Assembly (NCBI GenBank): GCA_973895155.1
Contig: OZ316897.1
Coordinates: 23,606,518-23,634,625 of the forward strand
From: Marsupella aquatica
Lineage: Eukaryota > Plantae > Marchantiophyta
DNA length: 28,108 nucleotides
Direction: 5' to 3'
The translations under genes and the position numbers were made by a program. This document shows, one piece after another, positions 8,201 through 22,300 of this stretch. The notes beneath the pieces were generated by a model. It was given only the letters and a program-made list of their open reading frames with translations, was not told the DNA's origin and searched no databases. Each line of letters begins with the position of its first letter. Position 1 is the first letter of the stretch.

Positions 8201-10176
8201 AAAATTGGGGGCCACCCTCACCCTCAACCCCCATGGAACCCCTCCCCCTCCCTCACCCCCAGCTCGTTACACCCCCAATGCTCAATTAGGGTTGCACACG
8301 CCCCCATGTGCACGCACCCCCAAAACTGGGGGCCACCCTCACCCTCAACCCCCATGGAACCCCTCCCCCTCCCTCACCCCCTGCTCGTTACACCCCCAAT
8401 GCTACAGTAGGGTTGCACACGCCCCCATGTGCACGCACCCCCAAAACTGGGGGCCACCCTCACCCTCAACCCCCATGGAACCCCTCCCCCACCCTCACCC
8501 CCAGCTCGTTACACCCCCAATGCTCAATTAGGGTTGCACAGGCCCCCATGTGCACGCACCCCCAAAACTGGGGGCCACCCTCACCCTCAACCCCCATGGA
8601 ACCCCTCCCCCACCCTCACCCCCAGCTCGTTACACCCCCAAAAGCTACAGTAGGGTGGCACTCGCCCCCTGGTACACGCACCCCGAAAATTGCGGGGTAC
8701 CCCCACCCCTAGCCCCTCCAAAATGCGCACACAACAAACTGGGGGTCAAACTCACCCCCAATATTCAATAATCATACCAGTACTTAAAAAACTGGTATGC
8801 CACATGTGAAAACTGGGGATGACACTGTAAACCCTAAACCATAAACCCTAAACCCTAAACGCTAACCCTTTTTTTTCTTTTTGCTATACTTGTCAAAAAA
8901 ACGTGCTAGGCGAGCACGTAACGTTCCAAAACGTGCTATTTGCGCAAATCCACCAAAATGAAACGTTTTACCAATACTTTAAAAAAGTCAAAATTACATA
9001 AAAAGCCAACTACTCGTACCCCTAGTTGTGATCACCTCGTCGCGATAGGAGCGTGGACTCACTCCTAGTATGCATACATTGGGGGTGATTCACCCCCAAT
9101 CTTGACCATCCTCACCCCCAATGCACGCACCCCCAAAACTGGGGGCCACCCTCACCCTCAACCCCCATGGAACCCCTCCCCCACCCTCACCCCCAGCTCG
9201 TTACACCCCCAATGCTACATTAGGGTTGCACAGGCCCCCATGTGCACGCACCCCCAAAACTGGGGGCCATCCTCACCCTCAACCCCCATGGAACCCCTCC
9301 CCCACCCTCACCCCCAGCTCGTTACACCCCCAATGCTCAATTAGGGTTGCACACGCCCCCATGTGCACGCACCCCCAAAACTGGGGGCCACCCTCACCCT
9401 CAACCCCCATGGAACCCCTCCCCCACCCTCACCCCCAGCTCGTTACACCCCCAATGCTCAATTAGGGTTGCACACGCCCCCATGTGCACGCACCCCCAAA
9501 ACTGGGGGCCATCCTCACCCTCAACCCCCATGGAACCCCTCCCCCACCCTCACCCCCAGCTCGTTACACCCCCAATGCTCAATTAGGGTTGCACACGCCC
9601 CCATGTGCACGCACCCCCAAAACTGGGGGCCACCCTCACCCTCAACCCCCATGGAACCCCTCCCCCACCCTCACCCCCAGCTCGTTACACCCCCAAAAGC
9701 TACAGTAGGGTGGCACTCGCCCCCTGGTACACGCACCCCGAAAATTGCGGGGTACCCCCACCCCTAGCCCCTCCAAAATGCGCACACAACAAACTCGGGG
9801 TCAAACTCACCCCCAATATTCAATAATCATACCAGTACTTAAAAAACTGGTATGCCACATGTGAAAACTGGGGATGACACTGTAAACCCTAAACCATAAA
9901 CCCTAAACCCTAAACGCTAACCCTTTTTTTTCTTTTTGCTATACTTGTCAAAAAAACGTGCTAGGCGAGCACGTAACGTTCCAAAACGTGCTATTTGCGC
10001 AAATCCACCAAAATGAAACGTTTTACCAATACTTTAAAAAAGTCAAAATTACATAAAAAGCCAACTACTCGTACCCCTAGTTGTGATCACCTCGTCGCGA
10101 TAGGAGCGTGGACTCACTCCTAGTATGCATACATTGGGGGTGATTCACCCCCAATCTTGACCATCCTCACCCCCAA

Positions 10177-13100
10177 TGCACGCACCCCCAAAACTGGGGG
10201 CCACCCTCACCCTCAACCCCCATGGAACCCCTCCCCCACCCTCACCCCCAGCTCGTTACACCCCCAATGCTACATTAGGGTTGCACACGCCCCCATGTGC
10301 ACGCACCCCCAAAATTGGGGGCCACCCTCACCCTCAACCCCCATGGAACCCCTCCCCCTCCCTCACCCCCAGCTCGTTACACCCCCAATGCTCAATTAGG
10401 GTTGCACACGCCCCCATGTGCACGCACCCCCAAAACTGGGGGCCACCCTCACCCTCAACCCCCATGGAACCCCTCCCCCTCCCTCACCCCCTGCTCGTTA
10501 CACCCCCAATGCTACAGTAGGGTTGCACACGCCCCCATGTGCACGCACCCCCAAAACTGGGGGCCACCCTCACCCTCAACCCCCATGGAACCCCTCCCCC
10601 ACCCTCACCCCCAGCTCGTTACACCCCCAATGCTCAATTAGGGTTGCACAGGCCCCCATGTGCACGCACCCCCAAAACTGGGGGCCACCCTCACCCTCAA
10701 CCCCCATGGAACCCCTCCCCCACCCTCACCCCCAGCTCGTTACACCCCCAAAAGCTACAGTAGGGTGGCACTCGCCCCCTGGTACACGCACCCCGAAAAT
10801 TGCGGGGTACCCCCACCCCTAGCCCCTCCAAAATGCGCACACAACAAACTGGGGGTCAAACTCACCCCCAATATTCAATAATCATACCAGTACTTAAAAA
10901 ACTGGTATGCCACATGTGAAAACTGGGGATGACACTGTAAACCCTAAACCATAAACCCTAAACCCTAAACGCTAACCCTTTTTTTTCTTTTTGCTATACT
11001 TGTCAAAAAAACGTGCTAGGCGAGCACGTAACGTTCCAAAACGTGCTATTTGCGCAAATCCACCAAAATGAAACGTTTTACCAATACTTTAAAAAAGTCA
11101 AAATTACATAAAAAGCCAACTACTCGTACCCCTAGTTGTGATCACCTCGTCGCGATAGGAGCGTGGACTCACTCCTAGTATGCATACATTGGGGGTGATT
11201 CACCCCCAATCTTGACCATCCTCACCCCCAATGCACGCACCCCCAAAACTGGGGGCCACCCTCACCCTCAACCCCCATGGAACCCCTCCCCCACCCTCAC
11301 CCCCAGCTCGTTACACCCCCAATGCTACATTAGGGTTGCACAGGCCCCCATGTGCACGCACCCCCAAAACTGGGGGCCATCCTCACCCTCAACCCCCATG
11401 GAACCCCTCCCCCACCCTCACCCCCAGCTCGTTACACCCCCAATGCTCAATTAGGGTTGCACACGCCCCCATGTGCACGCACCCCCAAAACTGGGGGCCA
11501 CCCTCACCCTCAACCCCCATGGAACCCCTCCCCCACCCTCACCCCCAGCTCGTTACACCCCCAATGCTCAATTAGGGTTGCACACGCCCCCATGTGCACG
11601 CACCCCCAAAACTGGGGGCCATCCTCACCCTCAACCCCCATGGAACCCCTCCCCCACCCTCACCCCCAGCTCGTTACACCCCCAATGCTCAATTAGGGTT
11701 GCACACGCCCCCATGTGCACGCACCCCCAAAACTGGGGGCCACCCTCACCCTCAACCCCCATGGAACCCCTCCCCCACCCTCACCCCCAGCTCGTTACAC
11801 CCCCAATGCTACAGTAGGGTTGCACACGCCCCCATGTGCACGCACCCCCAAAATTGGGGGCCACCCTCACCCTCAACCCCCATGGAACCCCTCCCCCTCC
11901 CTCACCCCCAGCTCGTTACACCCCCAATGCTCAATTAGGGTTGCACACGCCCCCATGTGCACGCACCCCCAAAACTGGGGGCCACCCTCACCCTCAACCC
12001 CCATGGAACCCCTCCCCCTCCCTCACCCCCTGCTCGTTACACCCCCAATGCTACAGTAGGGTTGCACACGCCCCCATGTGCACGCACCCCCAAAACTGGG
12101 GGCCACCCTCACCCTCAACCCCCATGGAACCCCTCCCCCTCCCTCACCCCCAGCTCGTTACACCCCCAATGCTCAATTAGGGTTGCACACGCCCCCATGT
12201 GCACGCACCCCCAAAACTGGGGGCCACCCTCACCCTCAACCCCCATGGAACCCCTCCCCCACCCTCACCCCCAGCTCGTTACACCCCCAATGCTCAATTA
12301 GGGTTGCACACGCCCCCATGTGCACGCACCCCCAAAACTGGGGGCCATCCTCACCCTCAACCCCCATGGAACCCCTCCCCCACCCTCACCCCCAGCTCGT
12401 TACACCCCCAATGCTCAATTAGGGTTGCACACGCCCCCATGTGCACGCACCCCCAAAACTGGGGGCCACCCTCACCCTCAACCCCCATGGAACCCCTCCC
12501 CCACCCTCACCCCCAGCTCGTTACACCCCCAATGCTACAGTAGGGTTGCACACGCCCCCATGTGCACGCACCCCCAAAACTGGGGGCCATCCTCACCCTC
12601 AACCCCCATGGAACCCCTCCCCCACCCTCACCCCCAGCTCGTTACACCCCCAATGCTCAATTAGGGTTGCACAGGCCCCCATGTGCACGCACCCCCAAAA
12701 CTGGGGGCCACCCTCACCCTCAACCCCCATGGAACCCCTCCCCCACCCTCACCCCCAGCTCGTTACACCCCCAAAAGCTACAGTAGGGTGGCACTCGCCC
12801 CCTGGTACACGCACCCCGAAAATTGCGGGGTACCCCCACCCCTAGCCCCTCCAAAATGCGCACACAACAAACTGGGGGTCAAACTCACCCCCAATATTCA
12901 ATAATCATACCAGTACTTAAAAAACTGGTATGCCACATGTGAAAACTGGGGATGACACTGTAAACCCTAAACCATAAACCCTAAACCCTAAACGCTAACC
13001 CTTTTTTTTCTTTTTGCTATACTTGTCAAAAAAACGTGCTAGGCGAGCACGTAACGTTCCAAAACGTGCTATTTGCGCAAATCCACCAAAATGAAACGTT

Positions 13101-16100
13101 TTACCAATACTTTAAAAAAGTCAAAATTACATAAAAAGCCAACTACTCGTACCCCTAGTTGTGATCACCTCGTCGCGATAGGAGCGTGGACTCACTCCTA
13201 GTATGCATACATTGGGGGTGATTCACCCCCAATCTTGACCATCCTCACCCCCAATGCACGCACCCCCAAAACTGGGGGCCACCCTCACCCTCAACCCCCA
13301 TGGAACCCCTCCCCCACCCTCACCCCCAGCTCGTTACACCCCCAATGCTACATTAGGGTTGCACACGCCCCCATGTGCACGCACCCCCAAAATTGGGGGC
13401 CACCCTCACCCTCAACCCCCATGGAACCCCTCCCCCTCCCTCACCCCCAGCTCGTTACACCCCCAATGCTCAATTAGGGTTGCACACGCCCCCATGTGCA
13501 CGCACCCCCAAAACTGGGGGCCACCCTCACCCTCAACCCCCATGGAACCCCTCCCCCTCCCTCACCCCCTGCTCGTTACACCCCCAATGCTACAGTAGGG
13601 TTGCACACGCCCCCATGTGCACGCACCCCCAAAACTGGGGGCCACCCTCACCCTCAACCCCCATGGAACCCCTCCCCCACCCTCACCCCCAGCTCGTTAC
13701 ACCCCCAATGCTCAATTAGGGTTGCACAGGCCCCCATGTGCACGCACCCCCAAAACTGGGGGCCACCCTCACCCTCAACCCCCATGGAACCCCTCCCCCA
13801 CCCTCACCCCCAGCTCGTTACACCCCCAAAAGCTACAGTAGGGTGGCACTCGCCCCCTGGTACACGCACCCCGAAAATTGCGGGGTACCCCCACCCCTAG
13901 CCCCTCCAAAATGCGCACACAACAAACTGGGGGTCAAACTCACCCCCAATATTCAATAATCATACCAGTACTTAAAAAACTGGTATGCCACATGTGAAAA
14001 CTGGGGATGACACTGTAAACCCTAAACCATAAACCCTAAACCCTAAACGCTAACCCTTTTTTTTCTTTTTGCTATACTTGTCAAAAAAACGTGCTAGGCG
14101 AGCACGTAACGTTCCAAAACGTGCTATTTGCGCAAATCCACCAAAATGAAACGTTTTACCAATACTTTAAAAAAGTCAAAATTACATAAAAAGCCAACTA
14201 CTCGTACCCCTAGTTGTGATCACCTCGTCGCGATAGGAGCGTGGACTCACTCCTAGTATGCATACATTGGGGGTGATTCACCCCCAATCTTGACCATCCT
14301 CACCCCCAATGCACGCACCCCCAAAACTGGGGGCCACCCTCACCCTCAACCCCCATGGAACCCCTCCCCCACCCTCACCCCCAGCTCGTTACACCCCCAA
14401 TGCTACATTAGGGTTGCACAGGCCCCCATGTGCACGCACCCCCAAAACTGGGGGCCATCCTCACCCTCAACCCCCATGGAACCCCTCCCCCACCCTCACC
14501 CCCAGCTCGTTACACCCCCAATGCTCAATTAGGGTTGCACACGCCCCCATGTGCACGCACCCCCAAAACTGGGGGCCACCCTCACCCTCAACCCCCATGG
14601 AACCCCTCCCCCACCCTCACCCCCAGCTCGTTACACCCCCAATGCTCAATTAGGGTTGCACACGCCCCCATGTGCACGCACCCCCAAAACTGGGGGCCAT
14701 CCTCACCCTCAACCCCCATGGAACCCCTCCCCCACCCTCACCCCCAGCTCGTTACACCCCCAATGCTCAATTAGGGTTGCACACGCCCCCATGTGCACGC
14801 ACCCCCAAAACTGGGGGCCACCCTCACCCTCAACCCCCATGGAACCCCTCCCCCACCCTCACCCCCAGCTCGTTACACCCCCAATGCTACAGTAGGGTTG
14901 CACACGCCCCCATGTGCACGCACCCCCAAAATTGGGGGCCACCCTCACCCTCAACCCCCATGGAACCCCTCCCCCTCCCTCACCCCCAGCTCGTTACACC
15001 CCCAATGCTCAATTAGGGTTGCACACGCCCCCATGTGCACGCACCCCCAAAACTGGGGGCCACCCTCACCCTCAACCCCCATGGAACCCCTCCCCCTCCC
15101 TCACCCCCTGCTCGTTACACCCCCAATGCTACAGTAGGGTTGCACACGCCCCCATGTGCACGCACCCCCAAAACTGGGGGCCACCCTCACCCTCAACCCC
15201 CATGGAACCCCTCCCCCTCCCTCACCCCCAGCTCGTTACACCCCCAATGCTCAATTAGGGTTGCACACGCCCCCATGTGCACGCACCCCCAAAACTGGGG
15301 GCCACCCTCACCCTCAACCCCCATGGAACCCCTCCCCCACCCTCACCCCCAGCTCGTTACACCCCCAATGCTCAATTAGGGTTGCACACGCCCCCATGTG
15401 CACGCACCCCCAAAACTGGGGGCCATCCTCACCCTCAACCCCCATGGAACCCCTCCCCCACCCTCACCCCCAGCTCGTTACACCCCCAATGCTCAATTAG
15501 GGTTGCACACGCCCCCATGTGCACGCACCCCCAAAACTGGGGGCCACCCTCACCCTCAACCCCCATGGAACCCCTCCCCCACCCTCACCCCCAGCTCGTT
15601 ACACCCCCAATGCTACAGTAGGGTTGCACACGCCCCCATGTGCACGCACCCCCAAAACTGGGGGCCACCCTCACCCTCAACCCCCATGGAACCCCTCCCC
15701 CACCCTCACCCCCAGCTCGTTACACCCCCAATGCTCAATTAGGGTTGCACAGGCCCCCATGTGCACGCACCCCCAAAACTGGGGGCCACCCTCACCCTCA
15801 ACCCCCATGGAACCCCTCCCCCACCCTCACCCCCAGCTCGTTACACCCCCAAAAGCTACAGTAGGGTGGCACTCGCCCCCTGGTACACGCACCCCGAAAA
15901 TTGCGGGGTACCCCCACCCCTAGCCCCTCCAAAATGCGCACACAACAAACTGGGGGTCAAACTCACCCCCAATATTCAATAATCATACCAGTACTTAAAA
16001 AACTGGTATGCCACATGTGAAAACTGGGGATGACACTGTAAACCCTAAACCATAAACCCTAAACCCTAAACGCTAACCCTTTTTTTTCTTTTTGCTATAC

Positions 16101-16332
16101 TTGTCAAAAAAACGTGCTAGGCGAGCACGTAACGTTCCAAAACGTGCTATTTGCGCAAATCCACCAAAATGAAACGTTTTACCAATACTTTAAAAAAGTC
16201 AAAATTACATAAAAAGCCAACTACTCGTACCCCTAGTTGTGATCACCTCGTCGCGATAGGAGCGTGGACTCACTCCTAGTATGCATACATTGGGGGTGAT
16301 TCACCCCCAATCTTGACCATCCTCACCCCCAA
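10177..16332 (+). repeat. Units A-L-A-L, (AL)x2 with 3078-bp period
   Basis: A 10177-11231, L 11232-13254, A 13255-14309, L 14310-16332. Confidence 0.95.
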
Positions 16333-19300
16333 TGCACGCACCCCCAAAACTGGGGGCCACCCTCACCCTCAACCCCCATGGAACCCCTCCCCCACCCTCA
16401 CCCCCAGCTCGTTACACCCCCAATGCTACATTAGGGTTGCACAGGCCCCCATGTGCACGCACCCCCAAAACTGGGGGCCATCCTCACCCTCAACCCCCAT
16501 GGAACCCCTCCCCCACCCTCACCCCCAGCTCGTTACACCCCCAATGCTCAATTAGGGTTGCACACGCCCCCATGTGCACGCACCCCCAAAACTGGGGGCC
16601 ACCCTCACCCTCAACCCCCATGGAACCCCTCCCCCACCCTCACCCCCAGCTCGTTACACCCCCAATGCTCAATTAGGGTTGCACACGCCCCCATGTGCAC
16701 GCACCCCCAAAACTGGGGGCCATCCTCACCCTCAACCCCCATGGAACCCCTCCCCCACCCTCACCCCCAGCTCGTTACACCCCCAATGCTCAATTAGGGT
16801 TGCACACGCCCCCATGTGCACGCACCCCCAAAACTGGGGGCCACCCTCACCCTCAACCCCCATGGAACCCCTCCCCCACCCTCACCCCCAGCTCGTTACA
16901 CCCCCAATGCTACAGTAGGGTTGCACACGCCCCCATGTGCACGCACCCCCAAAATTGGGGGCCACCCTCACCCTCAACCCCCATGGAACCCCTCCCCCTC
17001 CCTCACCCCCAGCTCGTTACACCCCCAATGCTCAATTAGGGTTGCACACGCCCCCATGTGCACGCACCCCCAAAACTGGGGGCCACCCTCACCCTCAACC
17101 CCCATGGAACCCCTCCCCCTCCCTCACCCCCTGCTCGTTACACCCCCAATGCTACAGTAGGGTTGCACACGCCCCCATGTGCACGCACCCCCAAAACTGG
17201 GGGCCACCCTCACCCTCAACCCCCATGGAACCCCTCCCCCTCCCTCACCCCCAGCTCGTTACACCCCCAATGCTCAATTAGGGTTGCACACGCCCCCATG
17301 TGCACGCACCCCCAAAACTGGGGGCCACCCTCACCCTCAACCCCCATGGAACCCCTCCCCCACCCTCACCCCCAGCTCGTTACACCCCCAATGCTCAATT
17401 AGGGTTGCACACGCCCCCATGTGCACGCACCCCCAAAACTGGGGGCCATCCTCACCCTCAACCCCCATGGAACCCCTCCCCCACCCTCACCCCCAGCTCG
17501 TTACACCCCCAATGCTCAATTAGGGTTGCACACGCCCCCATGTGCACGCACCCCCAAAACTGGGGGCCACCCTCACCCTCAACCCCCATGGAACCCCTCC
17601 CCCACCCTCACCCCCAGCTCGTTACACCCCCAATGCTACAGTAGGGTTGCACACGCCCCCATGTGCACGCACCCCCAAAACTGGGGGCCATCCTCACCCT
17701 CAACCCCCATGGAACCCCTCCCCCACCCTCACCCCCAGCTCGTTACACCCCCAATGCTCAATTAGGGTTGCACAGGCCCCCATGTGCACGCACCCCCAAA
17801 ACTGGGGGCCACCCTCACCCTCAACCCCCATGGAACCCCTCCCCCACCCTCACCCCCAGCTCGTTACACCCCCAAAAGCTACAGTAGGGTGGCACTCGCC
17901 CCCTGGTACACGCACCCCGAAAATTGCGGGGTACCCCCACCCCTAGCCCCTCCAAAATGCGCACACAACAAACTGGGGGTCAAACTCACCCCCAATATTC
18001 AATAATCATACCAGTACTTAAAAAACTGGTATGCCACATGTGAAAACTGGGGATGACACTGTAAACCCTAAACCATAAACCCTAAACCCTAAACGCTAAC
18101 CCTTTTTTTTCTTTTTGCTATACTTGTCAAAAAAACGTGCTAGGCGAGCACGTAACGTTCCAAAACGTGCTATTTGCGCAAATCCACCAAAATGAAACGT
18201 TTTACCAATACTTTAAAAAAGTCAAAATTACATAAAAAGCCAACTACTCGTACCCCTAGTTGTGATCACCTCGTCGCGATAGGAGCGTGGACTCACTCCT
18301 AGTATGCATACATTGGGGGTGATTCACCCCCAATCTTGACCATCCTCACCCCCAATGCACGCACCCCCAAAACTGGGGGCCACCCTCACCCTCAACCCCC
18401 ATGGAACCCCTCCCCCACCCTCACCCCCAGCTCGTTACACCCCCAATGCTACATTAGGGTTGCACAGGCCCCCATGTGCACGCACCCCCAAAACTGGGGG
18501 CCATCCTCACCCTCAACCCCCATGGAACCCCTCCCCCACCCTCACCCCCAGCTCGTTACACCCCCAATGCTCAATTAGGGTTGCACACGCCCCCATGTGC
18601 ACGCACCCCCAAAACTGGGGGCCACCCTCACCCTCAACCCCCATGGAACCCCTCCCCCACCCTCACCCCCAGCTCGTTACACCCCCAATGCTACAGTAGG
18701 GTTGCACACGCCCCCATGTGCACGCACCCCCAAAACTGGGGGCCATCCTCACCCTCAACCCCCATGGAACCCCTCCCCCACCCTCACCCCCAGCTCGTTA
18801 CACCCCCAATGCTCAATTAGGGTTGCACACGCCCCCATGTGCACGCACCCCCAAAACTGGGGGCCACCCTCACCCTCAACCCCCATGGAACCCCTCCCCC
18901 ACCCTCACCCCCAGCTCGTTACACCCCCAAAAGCTACAGTAGGGTGGCACTCGCCCCCTGGTACACGCACCCCGAAAATTGCGGGGTACCCCCACCCCTA
19001 GCCCCTCCAAAATGCGCACACAACAAACTCGGGGTCAAACTCACCCCCAATATTCAATAATCATACCAGTACTTAAAAAACTGGTATGCCACATGTGAAA
19101 ACTGGGGATGACACTGTAAACCCTAAACCATAAACCCTAAACCCTAAACGCTAACCCTTTTTTTTCTTTTTGCTATACTTGTCAAAAAAACGTGCTAGGC
19201 GAGCACGTAACGTTCCAAAACGTGCTATTTGCGCAAATCCACCAAAATGAAACGTTTTACCAATACTTTAAAAAAGTCAAAATTACATAAAAAGCCAACT

Positions 19301-22300
19301 ACTCGTACCCCTAGTTGTGATCACCTCGTCGCGATAGGAGCGTGGACTCACTCCTAGTATGCATACATTGGGGGTGATTCACCCCCAATCTTGACCATCC
19401 TCACCCCCAATGCACGCACCCCCAAAACTGGGGGCCACCCTCACCCTCAACCCCCATGGAACCCCTCCCCCACCCTCACCCCCAGCTCGTTACACCCCCA
19501 ATGCTACATTAGGGTTGCACACGCCCCCATGTGCACGCACCCCCAAAATTGGGGGCCACCCTCACCCTCAACCCCCATGGAACCCCTCCCCCTCCCTCAC
19601 CCCCAGCTCGTTACACCCCCAATGCTCAATTAGGGTTGCACACGCCCCCATGTGCACGCACCCCCAAAACTGGGGGCCACCCTCACCCTCAACCCCCATG
19701 GAACCCCTCCCCCTCCCTCACCCCCTGCTCGTTACACCCCCAATGCTACAGTAGGGTTGCACACGCCCCCATGTGCACGCACCCCCAAAACTGGGGGCCA
19801 CCCTCACCCTCAACCCCCATGGAACCCCTCCCCCACCCTCACCCCCAGCTCGTTACACCCCCAATGCTCAATTAGGGTTGCACAGGCCCCCATGTGCACG
19901 CACCCCCAAAACTGGGGGCCACCCTCACCCTCAACCCCCATGGAACCCCTCCCCCACCCTCACCCCCAGCTCGTTACACCCCCAAAAGCTACAGTAGGGT
20001 GGCACTCGCCCCCTGGTACACGCACCCCGAAAATTGCGGGGTACCCCCACCCCTAGCCCCTCCAAAATGCGCACACAACAAACTGGGGGTCAAACTCACC
20101 CCCAATATTCAATAATCATACCAGTACTTAAAAAACTGGTATGCCACATGTGAAAACTGGGGATGACACTGTAAACCCTAAACCATAAACCCTAAACCCT
20201 AAACGCTAACCCTTTTTTTTCTTTTTGCTATACTTGTCAAAAAAACGTGCTAGGCGAGCACGTAACGTTCCAAAACGTGCTATTTGCGCAAATCCACCAA
20301 AATGAAACGTTTTACCAATACTTTAAAAAAGTCAAAATTACATAAAAAGCCAACTACTCGTACCCCTAGTTGTGATCACCTCGTCGCGATAGGAGCGTGG
20401 ACTCACTCCTAGTATGCATACATTGGGGGTGATTCACCCCCAATCTTGACCATCCTCACCCCCAATGCACGCACCCCCAAAACTGGGGGCCACCCTCACC
20501 CTCAACCCCCATGGAACCCCTCCCCCACCCTCACCCCCAGCTCGTTACACCCCCAATGCTACATTAGGGTTGCACAGGCCCCCATGTGCACGCACCCCCA
20601 AAACTGGGGGCCATCCTCACCCTCAACCCCCATGGAACCCCTCCCCCACCCTCACCCCCAGCTCGTTACACCCCCAATGCTCAATTAGGGTTGCACACGC
20701 CCCCATGTGCACGCACCCCCAAAACTGGGGGCCACCCTCACCCTCAACCCCCATGGAACCCCTCCCCCACCCTCACCCCCAGCTCGTTACACCCCCAATG
20801 CTCAATTAGGGTTGCACACGCCCCCATGTGCACGCACCCCCAAAACTGGGGGCCATCCTCACCCTCAACCCCCATGGAACCCCTCCCCCACCCTCACCCC
20901 CAGCTCGTTACACCCCCAATGCTCAATTAGGGTTGCACACGCCCCCATGTGCACGCACCCCCAAAACTGGGGGCCACCCTCACCCTCAACCCCCATGGAA
21001 CCCCTCCCCCACCCTCACCCCCAGCTCGTTACACCCCCAATGCTACAGTAGGGTTGCACACGCCCCCATGTGCACGCACCCCCAAAATTGGGGGCCACCC
21101 TCACCCTCAACCCCCATGGAACCCCTCCCCCTCCCTCACCCCCAGCTCGTTACACCCCCAATGCTCAATTAGGGTTGCACACGCCCCCATGTGCACGCAC
21201 CCCCAAAACTGGGGGCCACCCTCACCCTCAACCCCCATGGAACCCCTCCCCCTCCCTCACCCCCTGCTCGTTACACCCCCAATGCTACAGTAGGGTTGCA
21301 CACGCCCCCATGTGCACGCACCCCCAAAACTGGGGGCCACCCTCACCCTCAACCCCCATGGAACCCCTCCCCCTCCCTCACCCCCAGCTCGTTACACCCC
21401 CAATGCTCAATTAGGGTTGCACACGCCCCCATGTGCACGCACCCCCAAAACTGGGGGCCACCCTCACCCTCAACCCCCATGGAACCCCTCCCCCACCCTC
21501 ACCCCCAGCTCGTTACACCCCCAATGCTCAATTAGGGTTGCACACGCCCCCATGTGCACGCACCCCCAAAACTGGGGGCCATCCTCACCCTCAACCCCCA
21601 TGGAACCCCTCCCCCACCCTCACCCCCAGCTCGTTACACCCCCAATGCTCAATTAGGGTTGCACACGCCCCCATGTGCACGCACCCCCAAAACTGGGGGC
21701 CACCCTCACCCTCAACCCCCATGGAACCCCTCCCCCACCCTCACCCCCAGCTCGTTACACCCCCAATGCTACAGTAGGGTTGCACACGCCCCCATGTGCA
21801 CGCACCCCCAAAACTGGGGGCCACCCTCACCCTCAACCCCCATGGAACCCCTCCCCCACCCTCACCCCCAGCTCGTTACACCCCCAATGCTCAATTAGGG
21901 TTGCACAGGCCCCCATGTGCACGCACCCCCAAAACTGGGGGCCACCCTCACCCTCAACCCCCATGGAACCCCTCCCCCACCCTCACCCCCAGCTCGTTAC
22001 ACCCCCAAAAGCTACAGTAGGGTGGCACTCGCCCCCTGGTACACGCACCCCGAAAATTGCGGGGTACCCCCACCCCTAGCCCCTCCAAAATGCGCACACA
22101 ACAAACTGGGGGTCAAACTCACCCCCAATATTCAATAATCATACCAGTACTTAAAAAACTGGTATGCCACATGTGAAAACTGGGGATGACACTGTAAACC
22201 CTAAACCATAAACCCTAAACCCTAAACGCTAACCCTTTTTTTTCTTTTTGCTATACTTGTCAAAAAAACGTGCTAGGCGAGCACGTAACGTTCCAAAACG

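Larger units (their letters stand above)
3847..10176 (+). repeat. Six 1055-bp units alternating A-B, (AB)x3 with 2110-bp period
   Basis: A at 3847, 5957 and 8067. B (m1 CACAGG, m2/m4 GCCATC, m3 TCAATT, module C allele) at 4902, 7012 and 9122. Confidence 0.95.
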
